Virus record (IMG/VR): IMGVR_UViG_3300033076_001048
Coordinates: 1-64,000 of that record
Length of the DNA stretch: 64,000 bases
DNA from: a virus
Taxonomy: Duplodnaviria; Caudoviricetes
Strand: one strand, 5' to 3'
Position 1 is the first letter of the stretch. Every line of letters starts with the position of its first letter. The notes under the pieces were generated by a model, which saw only the letters and a program-made list of their open reading frames with translations, had not been told where the DNA came from and made no database searches. Made by a program: the position numbers and the translations under genes. This document shows, one piece after another, positions 1-7,405 of the stretch.

Positions 1-68
1 GACATGACCTCGTCAGAGGTTGATTGATAGGCAACTAAATCGTGCAGGTGCAAGTCCTGCCTCTTGTA
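1..68 (+). tRNA. 3' part of a class II (Leu-like) tRNA with an abnormal anticodon loop; truncated by window start
   Basis: GCAGG-TGCAAGT-CCTGC T-arm, CTCTTGT-A 3' end, long variable arm; ACCTC/GAGGT stem closes only a 4-nt loop (GTCA). Confidence 0.45.
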
Positions 69-77
69 CAAATAAAT

Positions 78-152
78 TGTGGGGTAGAGCAGAGGTAGCT
101 TGCAAGGCTCATAACCTTGAGGTCACAGGTTCGAATCCTGTCCCCGCAACCA
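78..152 (+). tRNA. tRNA-Met (CAT)
   Basis: Full cloverleaf, CAAGG-CTCATAA-CCTTG, TTCGAAT loop, encoded CCA. Confidence 0.9.
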
Positions 153-155
153 AAT

Positions 156-236
156 TGTGATTCAGGTGTAACGTCGGTCTCATGAGCCGAATTGGGTAGC
201 TCCCCGTCAGAGGTTCGAGTCCTCTAATCACAACCA
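156..236 (+). tRNA. Atypical CAT-anticodon tRNA with vestigial D-arm and long variable arm
   Basis: TGTGATT/AATCACA acceptor, TCGGT-CTCATGA-GCCGA, AGAGG-TTCGAGT-CCTCT, CCA; only 11 nt between acceptor and anticodon stems. Confidence 0.75.
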
Positions 237-243
237 AATACAT

Positions 244-314
244 GGCGAGTTGGTGTAATGGTAACATATTGGGCTCATAACCCAAAGTTCTAGGTTCGAG
301 TCCTAGGTTCGCAA
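244..314 (+). tRNA. Initiator-type tRNA-fMet (CAT)
   Basis: TTGGG-CTCATAA-CCCAA (three G-C pairs), 1:72 mismatch; followed by CAA, not CCA. Confidence 0.85.
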
Positions 315-319
315 CAAAG

Positions 320-520
320 TACCACGATGCTTACCATAAGAACAGCACAGTGGTAGATAGAGTTAACGTGAATAACCCAAGGCATAAGCGTTAACAACCC
401 CTCATAAGACTATTTGGCCAATAGAAACTGTGGGGGCTTTTAAAATCGTGTGTCTTGGTACGCTCTGACGAAAGTTAACGACAAGGTCTCGGTGGACAGA
501 ACTAGTCTGATTCCACCCAA
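320..520 (+). ncRNA. Run of hairpins inside the tRNA cluster, function unknown
   Basis: TACCAC/GTGGTA, GTTAACG/CGTTAAC, CCCC.CA/TG.GGGG and GGTGGA/TCCACC stems; no credible ORF. Confidence 0.35.
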
Positions 521-524
521 AAAA

Positions 525-597
525 GCGGGTGTCGTATAGCGGCTTATTATATCAGCCTTCCAAGCTGAGGATGGGAGTTCGATTCTCCCCACCCGCT
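525..597 (+). tRNA. tRNA-Gly (TCC)
   Basis: GCGGGTG/CACCCGC, TCAGC-CTTCCAA-GCTGA, T discriminator. Confidence 0.92.
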
Positions 598-601
598 CAA
601 A

Positions 602-800
602 AAGAACCTTTCCTTACGGAAGTCCGATTAGCGCGGATGAAAGGAACCTTGACTTCGTGGGAGTAGCTACCCAACTGAAGTTTGAATGACTCAAGGTACT
701 CTGTAATGGACCCTGCTCTATGGTGCACACATAACAGGTGATGGGGAACAAACCATCGGTAAAATCTAAACCTACGGTGAGCGTAGAAGGAAAGTTTCTT
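602..800 (+). ncRNA. Candidate ~200-nt multibranched ncRNA
   Basis: 602-615 pairs with 787-800 (13/14), enclosing at least five internal stems; lies between two tRNA-Gly genes. Confidence 0.55.
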
Positions 801-806
801 TTTGTT

Positions 807-878
807 GCGAGAGTCGTATAACGGTTATTACATCGGCTTGCCAAGCCGAGGACGGCAGTTCGATTCTGCCTTCTCGCT
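807..878 (+). tRNA. tRNA-Gly (GCC)
   Basis: GCGAGAG/TTCTCGC, TCGGC-TTGCCAA-GCCGA, TTCGATT loop. Confidence 0.92.
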
Positions 879-881
879 CAA

Positions 882-943
882 ATGTGAATCTTAAAAAGGG
901 CCCTTCCGTCTCGTTGAGCGGCACGCTGAGCCCGGATTCACAT
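882..943 (+). other. tRNA-sized hairpin element
   Basis: ATGTGAATC/GATTCACAT 9-bp stem with inner GGGC/GCCC. Confidence 0.35.
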
Positions 944-948
944 ATTAC

Positions 949-1020
949 GGTCCTGTAGTTAATCGGCTATAATATTGCCCTGTCACGGCAAAGTGCCGGG
1001 TTCGATTCCCGGTGGGACCG
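949..1020 (+). tRNA. tRNA-Asp (GTC)
   Basis: TTGCC-CTGTCAC-GGCAA, CCGGG-TTCGATT-CCCGG, G discriminator. Confidence 0.92.
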
Positions 1021-1240
1021 CAATGAGTTTGAGATGCTCAGCAGTCTTTTATCCAAGACTCATTTAACAATGGATAGGGATAAAAAATTCACACCAACGT
1101 GATTTCGATTCGGATAAAAGGTGACCAGACCAGCGCCTCCGACGTAAAGGTTGACTTTTTTATGGGGGATGCTCCACAGGTTTTTGAAACAGGAAAAACC
1201 GAAACGACTACTCACTCATAATCTCAGGGTGGGGACAAAT

Positions 1241-1315
1241 GGGCTGTCATGTACCAAGGCTTGGCGTTTCTCCCTTGCAAGGAGAGAGTGGTGGGTTCGA
1301 TTCCCACACGGTCCA
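1241..1315 (+). tRNA. tRNA-Ala (TGC)
   Basis: G3.T70 pair, TCTCC-CTTGCAA-GGAGA; D-arm atypical. Confidence 0.82.
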
Positions 1316-1318
1316 CAA

Positions 1319-1392
1319 GATGAGTTTCCCCACACCTTTGGGTTAGTGACTAGTTAAAGGGGGACATTCGGTACACAAGTCCGTGACTCATC
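1319..1392 (+). pseudogene. Degenerate tRNA-like element
   Basis: 7-bp GATGAGT/ACTCATC closing stem, CCTTT/AAAGG inner stem, T-arm-like CGG...CAAGT-CCG. Confidence 0.3.
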
Positions 1393-1397
1393 AATTT

Positions 1398-1471
1398 CGG
1401 AATGTAGCGCAGTCCGGTAGCGCACCTGGTTTGGGACCAGGGGGTCCCAGGTTCGAATCCTGGTATTCCGA
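1398..1471 (+). tRNA. tRNA-Pro (TGG)
   Basis: CGGAATG/TATTCCG, CCTGG-TTTGGGA-CCAGG, TTCGAAT. Confidence 0.93.
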
Positions 1472-1502
1472 CAATTTTCACTACCAACATGTATTTATTA
1501 TT

Positions 1503-3131
1503 ATGATACTTTTAGAAGGTAGAAAAGAAGACATATATAACAAGTACAAAGGTCAAATTGATACTGAAAGAAAACTCAATTCTTCTTTTGAACCTTTGTC
1601 AATTTATGATATATTAATTGATGAGCCGTTTATTCAACAAACAAACTACAAATATTTAGAACCTTTAATACAACAATATTTTTTCTTTAACGAAGTTTAT
1701 CCAAGACAAGGTAAAGAGTTGGAAGAACTTGAACCTAATCACCCCAACACATCGATTGAGTCCATACGTAACAAAAGAAATTTTGTTCAGAATGTTATAC
1801 CTAAAATTGAATTCTTTGATAGAAATAAAGACAAGTATCCAAAAAAAGATTTAAGAGAATATATTGGTGATTGGTTTGACAGGGATTTTTTAGATTTTAC
1901 AGATGATTTGATAAGAAAATCTTCAGTGAAACAAGAAGAAAAGAAAGCGAGAAAAGAAGTTGAAAAAATATATGATAGTGATACCGTTTTAATTGTAAAA
2001 CCAAAAACTCACACTGCTTCATGTTATTATGGTGCTGGTACAAAATGGTGTACCACAATGAAAGGTAATCCAAGTTATTTTGACTCTCACACAAAAAATG
2101 CAAATCTTTATTATGTTATTATAAAAAAGAAAAACGTATCAGACAGGTTTTATAAAATTGCAATTAATATTAAACCTGGTGAAAAATTAATTGATGCACC
2201 ATTTTATGATGTTTTGGATAATACGTTAAATTATAGTGAAAAAGATTTATTCCTTACAATATTACCACAAAACGCAATTGATTCAATCTATGAAGATTTA
2301 AAACAGTTAAAAGATTCTTGGTTTACCGCTGAATTGGTTCCTCAAATCGAAAACACGGGTTTAATGCAAAATGTAATTAAGATTTCCTTAGGTAACAATA
2401 AAACGGTAATTGTTTCTTTGAGATTCTATGATTTTGAATTATTTAATGATTTAGGTGATATTGGGGAAGAAGGTGAATTTCAAAGATTCAATGCCAAATA
2501 TCGACTTTCAGAATATAATCCTGATAGAAATGAAGTAGTTGACCCAGATGTTGATTCTTCTTTTTATGAAGAGGGTATGGTTGATGGGGTTGTATTAGCA
2601 GGTGATACATTGTTCGGAATTATTTTAAATTTTGAACAAACAGATGAATATGGTAACCAATACATTAGTTCACAAAATATTCAAATTGAAAATGATTTTC
2701 GAAAAGAAGCAAAGTTTTCACCATCTATGTCATATATGTTAACTAGAACTTTAGAAAAAGTTGTTAGTTCCACTTATTTCAAAGAAAAACAAAATGAATT
2801 TGCAGGTAAAAAAGGTATTAATAGAAAATATACAATGGCTGGTTACACTTTTACAGGTGGTGGTAAATTAACCAAAGAGTTAATTAAGTATGTTGATTCA
2901 TTACCTGAAGAAAAAATTGGAAATAAGTTAGACTTTTTAACAAAGACAGGTAAAGTTAAATTAAAACCTGACGGTGTTTATAATAAAGACGGATATAAAA
3001 TATCACTTCAAGGATATCTATCATCGTTTTTTTCAGCGGCAAGACAAGCCGGAATTATCGAAAAACCTATGGGTAAAAATGGGTTTGTAAAAGGTCCAAA
3101 ATTTGATTCTTACAAAGAAAAATACCTGTAA
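1503..3131 (+). CDS. Phage protein with a PxTxxASxxYGxxTxWC domain (possibly PcfJ-like)
   Basis: Start moved to ATG 1503 (MILLEG) after TATTTAT at 1492; the ORF-track start overlaps tRNA-Pro; paralog at 12830. Confidence 0.8.
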   Translation: MILLEGRKEDIYNKYKGQIDTERKLNSSFEPLSIYDILIDEPFIQQTNYKYLEPLIQQYFFFNEVYPRQGKELEELEPNHPNTSIESIRNKRNFVQNVIPKIEFFDRNKDKYPKKDLREYIGDWFDRDFLDFTDDLIRKSSVKQEEKKARKEVEKIYDSDTVLIVKPKTHTASCYYGAGTKWCTTMKGNPSYFDSHTKNANLYYVIIKKKNVSDRFYKIAINIKPGEKLIDAPFYDVLDNTLNYSEKDLFLTILPQNAIDSIYEDLKQLKDSWFTAELVPQIENTGLMQNVIKISLGNNKTVIVSLRFYDFELFNDLGDIGEEGEFQRFNAKYRLSEYNPDRNEVVDPDVDSSFYEEGMVDGVVLAGDTLFGIILNFEQTDEYGNQYISSQNIQIENDFRKEAKFSPSMSYMLTRTLEKVVSSTYFKEKQNEFAGKKGINRKYTMAGYTFTGGGKLTKELIKYVDSLPEEKIGNKLDFLTKTGKVKLKPDGVYNKDGYKISLQGYLSSFFSAARQAGIIEKPMGKNGFVKGPKFDSYKEKYL

Positions 3132-3217
3132 AAAAAATATTTAAAAAATTTTAAGTTTTTTTGGGTTGGCAGTGTTGAAATTGCACATTTTTTGATATAT
3201 ATTATTTGACTAATGCC

Positions 3218-3379
3218 ATGGACCCAAAAGAACAAAACATCGAACAAGATTTCAAAATGATTTTAGATAATTTCATATCTAATGATGAACCCGTACAAGA
3301 CGAAACTCACGAGTGCGTTGAGTCTTATTGGGAAGACGAATGGGACAATTGTAATGGTGATATTATTTTGTTCATCTAA
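3218..3379 (+). CDS. Small acidic hypothetical protein (53 aa)
   Basis: Hand-translated MDPKEQNIEQ...IILFI*. Confidence 0.45.
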   Translation: MDPKEQNIEQDFKMILDNFISNDEPVQDETHECVESYWEDEWDNCNGDIILFI

Positions 3380-3519
3380 AATAATACCTGTAAAATTCTA
3401 ATTAAACTTATCCCAATCAAAGTTACAACACACATTAGTGTGCTCCAAAAAATCATTTTATAAGAAAATTCAACATTTTCTTTTTTCTTTCCTTGCCAAT
3501 CAAAATTTTCATCCTCCAT
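3376..3519 (-). CDS. Small single-TM protein (47 aa)
   Basis: Hand-translated MEDENFDWQGKKKENVEFSYKMIFW...; hydrophobic C-terminal half. Confidence 0.5.
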   Translation of the reverse strand: MEDENFDWQGKKKENVEFSYKMIFWSTLMCVVTLIGISLIRILQVLF

Positions 3520-3955
3520 AATATAATATCATTTGTTTTGCATGATTTATTAACCAAAGTTCAACGTTAGGTATTTTTCTTAAAAACTCCAGTTCGGTGT
3601 AATAACATAATACCTCTTCGTCAATTGGGTTATATTTTATTTTTTTATTTAAGATTCTCAAATGGTGTGATTCGTGTACTAAAATAGCGGCAATGTTGTT
3701 TAAACAACTGTAATTAATATCTTTTCTTGTTATAACAACAGTTTGGCTATCTTCAATCGTAGAAAAATTACCATTCCAAAACGAAACTTTCTTACAATAC
3801 TCTAAAATTATGCCGTAATTTGTGGTATCATATTTCTTTACAATTTGTAGAGCCGAATCAACTCTCAACCTCCAATTATCACCAACGTCATCAATTTTTA
3901 TTTGTGAGTATCCAAAAATTGGTGTAAAAAAAAGAATTAAAAATAACCATTTCAT
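3509..3955 (-). CDS. Secreted putative Zn metallopeptidase
   Basis: Signal peptide MKWLFLILFF; LVHESHH...EE motif. Confidence 0.65.
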   Translation of the reverse strand: MKWLFLILFFTPIFGYSQIKIDDVGDNWRLRVDSALQIVKKYDTTNYGIILEYCKKVSFWNGNFSTIEDSQTVVITRKDINYSCLNNIAAILVHESHHLRILNKKIKYNPIDEEVLCYYTELEFLRKIPNVELWLINHAKQMILYYGG

Positions 3956-4023
3956 CTTAATGTTAAATATACACTTATAAGACACTAATGTCCACATAGT
4001 CATATTTATAGTTAATTACCAAG

Positions 4024-5922
4024 ATGCAAATGAAAAAAATTCTTTTATCATTAACACTGTTTTGCGCTTCGCTGGTGAGTTACGCGCAAACATGTCCGAC
4101 ACCGACCACAACGGCCGCTCACGTGACATTAGATTCAACTTACCAAACAGGTACCTATAGGTCTGGAAAAACAAATATAGGATTGTGTTGGTATAACAAC
4201 ACCTCAACAAACATTACCGCAACACAGTTTAGAGTATTCTACGATAAAACTGCGTTCTCTAAAGTTGATACTGTTACTTCGTTAAATACGTCGTTCTCAC
4301 AGTATCTTCAGTATGTGGACAATCCAAGTGGTGGTTATGTGACAATTACTTTAACTTACACAGGTACAAACAGTAGTTTCACATTACCTAATGGAAAGAT
4401 GTTTCAAGTAACTTTAAAACATTCATCGGCACTTGCGACAACATACTTTTCCCCTACCGATATGACATTTGGTGGAACACCTACGTTCCCTCAGTTAGCA
4501 ACAACTCAGGCAGGTGCTGACTACTCGTTAACACTTAAAAACTTTGGTGGTGTTTTCAAACCACAAGTTATGTCATTCAAGGGTAAATTTGTAAACGTTA
4601 CTGGTACACCGTCAAAGAACTTAACAGTTTCATTAGAGAAGAAACTTAAAACGTCTTCTACGTGGACTTATGTTCAAGATACCTTTACTAACAGTTTAGG
4701 TAAATTCTTCTTTACTAATGTTGCAATTGATACAACAGCTTGGGATGTAAGAATTGCAGTTAAAGGTGATACTATGGGCATTGGAGCAATTGTATCTACA
4801 TCAGATGCACAAAGAATCAACCAATATGTTTTGGGAACACAAACAATGACTGGTTTTGATTTCTATTCTTCAGATGTAAACGGTGACAATTCAGTTTCAA
4901 TCTCTGACGTTTATGGTGTTTACGCAAGAGTATCAGGTAGATTCACAACTTGGTCAAATAGTGTTAAAGATATCAAATTCTTTACAGCGTCTGAATACGC
5001 AACTATTAACGGTTCAAGTACAAACTACACAAGTACAATTGCTGGTGTAACAAACTTCACTTACCAAATCATTGCAGGTCAACCTGACTCTGTAACTTAT
5101 TATGTTGTGTGTCCTGGTGATGCAAACGGAACTGGTTACAACAGAGCTCGTTTGACACCAATTCAAATTGTTAATCCTAACAATGCTAACAAACACATCA
5201 TTGATGTAACAACAGCATACGATAACATTTTGGAAACTATTGAAGTTAACTACCCTAAATTAGGTGTTGATGCTGGTGACATGGTTAACATCCCTGTAAA
5301 ATTAAAAACAGGTGGTATTAATTTGGGTTCATTACAAGTTTGTATGAAATATGACTCAACTCTTTTAACTTTCAAAGGTGTTAAAAATGAATTGAAAACT
5401 TCTTATTGGATTTCATTCATCAATACTACCAACAACATGGTTGAATGGGGTGGATATGACCCATCTAATAACCAACACTTGGTTAATGATGGTGATTTAT
5501 TTTTCACATTACAATTTGAATCTAAGAAACCGCAAAATGAATGGGGTAAAAGTCCTTTATACGTTCAAAGAAAATTTGCAGGTAACTCATTAGCAACTGA
5601 TTTAAATATTAGTCCAACTGATGGTATTATTCAGGTTTTCAGAATGGGTGGAACAACAAACAATTTCAAAGATATGATTTTATATCCTAACCCATTCGAG
5701 GGTGATGTAACAATTGGTTTTAAAATTTACAACGAAGGTAAAAACATTATTGGTATCTACGATGTAAATGGAAAACAACAAATGGAAATTGTACCAAACG
5801 AAACAAAAATTGGAATTTATTCAAACACAGTTGATTTAAGTTTTTTACCACCAGGAACTTACTTGGCGGTTTTAAGAAACGAAGAAAAAACAACAACCAA
5901 AAAAGCAGTTAAAACTAACTAA
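4024..5922 (+). CDS. T9SS-sorted protein: cohesin-like, dockerin-like and cohesin domains plus type A CTD
   Basis: Signal peptide; DVNGDNSVSISDV dockerin loop; VNIPV...KYDSTLLTFKGV cohesin; YPNPF...YDVNGK...LPPGTYL CTD. Confidence 0.85.
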   Translation: MQMKKILLSLTLFCASLVSYAQTCPTPTTTAAHVTLDSTYQTGTYRSGKTNIGLCWYNNTSTNITATQFRVFYDKTAFSKVDTVTSLNTSFSQYLQYVDNPSGGYVTITLTYTGTNSSFTLPNGKMFQVTLKHSSALATTYFSPTDMTFGGTPTFPQLATTQAGADYSLTLKNFGGVFKPQVMSFKGKFVNVTGTPSKNLTVSLEKKLKTSSTWTYVQDTFTNSLGKFFFTNVAIDTTAWDVRIAVKGDTMGIGAIVSTSDAQRINQYVLGTQTMTGFDFYSSDVNGDNSVSISDVYGVYARVSGRFTTWSNSVKDIKFFTASEYATINGSSTNYTSTIAGVTNFTYQIIAGQPDSVTYYVVCPGDANGTGYNRARLTPIQIVNPNNANKHIIDVTTAYDNILETIEVNYPKLGVDAGDMVNIPVKLKTGGINLGSLQVCMKYDSTLLTFKGVKNELKTSYWISFINTTNNMVEWGGYDPSNNQHLVNDGDLFFTLQFESKKPQNEWGKSPLYVQRKFAGNSLATDLNISPTDGIIQVFRMGGTTNNFKDMILYPNPFEGDVTIGFKIYNEGKNIIGIYDVNGKQQMEIVPNETKIGIYSNTVDLSFLPPGTYLAVLRNEEKTTTKKAVKTN

Positions 5923-5990
5923 TAAACTTGGGGGTCACTGACCCCCATAAGCCTAAAAATAAAATAAACCAAAAATTAAATTAAAACAAA

Positions 5991-6323
5991 ATGAGTGAAG
6001 AAACACAAGAATCAAATGACGGTACTTGGTCAGGTTTAAAGAAAACCATAATCGGTACAATTGCAACAGCAGTAACAGCTGGTGGAGCATGGTTCACTAC
6101 AACATTATTTGGTGGTGGTGATGAAGAAAAACCTAAAACAGAACAAGCGGCACCTGCCCCTGTTATCAACTTAAATGTTGACAACTCTTCAAAGAACACA
6201 TCAAGTAGCGGTGGTGGTGGAACTACTACGGTTATCAAAGAGAAAACTGTTGTAGAAAAACAAGCGGCACCTGCAGAATCTAAACCAGCAAAGAAAAGCG
6301 AAACTGAAGATGCGCCTTGGTAA
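5991..6323 (+). CDS. Single-TM protein with a Pro/Ala/Lys-rich tail
   Basis: TM segment IIGTIATAVTAGGAWF; operon position. Confidence 0.75.
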   Translation: MSEETQESNDGTWSGLKKTIIGTIATAVTAGGAWFTTTLFGGGDEEKPKTEQAAPAPVINLNVDNSSKNTSSSGGGGTTTVIKEKTVVEKQAAPAESKPAKKSETEDAPW

Positions 6324-7038
6324 TATATTAGTAGGATTAACTTTGTTATTTGCCAGTTGTGTTTCAACACAACCATTAAAAGCGCAAATAGGTTCTGTTA
6401 AAACTGAAGAATATACCGCAGGCTTCGAAAAAAAGAAATCTTTAGATTCATTACCTCCGTACACTGATACAATTCAGATTCCAATTCAGATATTAAAGAT
6501 TGGTATTAGTGAAGAAGTTTATGAGATGTATCCTGAGTTAAAAGATGCAAGAGTTGGTATGGGTGTTACAAATATCGTATTAGAATATTTGGAACAAACA
6601 GGAAGATTTGTTTTTACTGAAGACAAATTGGAAATAAAAGAAAGAATGGTTAACCAATTCAAAGCATCAAACAAAGGTTTTACTGAAAACAAAGTTGACG
6701 GTAAAGGTAAAATTAAGTTAGCTAAATATTTTGTTTACATTGAGGTTTATGACTTCTCTGTAGGTGAAGATGAAGTGGTTGAAACTTCAGGTGTTACAAT
6801 CAAACAAAACACACAACTTGGTTTACAAGTTAGATTTGTGGACGCAGAATCAGGTGAGGTCATCACAGGTAGTGGACAAGGAAAGGCGGTTACAACAAAA
6901 ACATCATCAACTCTTGGTGATATTGATGGACCAAAATTCAACAAGTCGACTGTTGGTGTATCAACCAAAAAAGCATTAGAAACATCTACCGTAAGAGTGG
7001 TGGAAAAGTTGATAAAAAAAGGAGTATTCAAAAATTAA
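6310..7038 (+). CDS. CsgG/HfaB-like outer-membrane lipoprotein
   Basis: Lipobox-like FASC; LGLQVRFVDAESGEVITGSGQGKA strand pattern typical of the CsgG family. Confidence 0.7.
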   Translation: MRLGNILVGLTLLFASCVSTQPLKAQIGSVKTEEYTAGFEKKKSLDSLPPYTDTIQIPIQILKIGISEEVYEMYPELKDARVGMGVTNIVLEYLEQTGRFVFTEDKLEIKERMVNQFKASNKGFTENKVDGKGKIKLAKYFVYIEVYDFSVGEDEVVETSGVTIKQNTQLGLQVRFVDAESGEVITGSGQGKAVTTKTSSTLGDIDGPKFNKSTVGVSTKKALETSTVRVVEKLIKKGVFKN

Positions 7039-7039
7039 A

Positions 7040-7405
7040 ATGGCAATTAAAGAAAAAATCAAAAGTACATTAGGTTTAGGTAAACCTGATTTTGTTAAAG
7101 TAGAAGACAAAAATAGATTCTACTACATGTTGCAACAAATGCAAAATAACAGATGGAAAATCACATTAGTGGTTTTATTCTTATTCTTCTTCATTATCGC
7201 AGGAATTAATTCAGCGGTATTTTTCGGTGTAACAATCGGTGAAGATTGGAAAGAATTGTTATTAATCTTGTTAGGTGCATTCGTTGGTAACTTAAACAAA
7301 GTTGTTGACTATTGGTTCAACTCTGAAGACAGAGACAAAATGTTAATTCAGAAAGTTGATGAAGAAGATGGTCAATCATTATCTAACGTAACATCAGTAG
7401 ATTAA
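7040..7405 (+). CDS. Two-TM inner membrane protein
   Basis: Two hydrophobic helices; VVDYWF motif. Confidence 0.75.
   Translation: MAIKEKIKSTLGLGKPDFVKVEDKNRFYYMLQQMQNNRWKITLVVLFLFFFIIAGINSAVFFGVTIGEDWKELLLILLGAFVGNLNKVVDYWFNSEDRDKMLIQKVDEEDGQSLSNVTSVD

Noticed and set aside
465-500. Hammerhead ribozyme (CTGACGA)
   Set aside because: No stem II followed by GAAA in the correct register.
602-800. RNase P, tmRNA or 6S identity
   Set aside because: Lacks GAGGAAAGUCC/P4 partner, a tRNA-like end with tag ORF, and a single long-hairpin shape.
614-1357. ORFs 614-844(-) and 1151-1357(+)
   Set aside because: They overlap tRNAs or structured RNA and have no protein-like features.
1383-1502. N-terminal extension of the 582-aa ORF
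   Set aside because: It runs through tRNA-Pro; the true start is likely ATG 1503 after the late motif.
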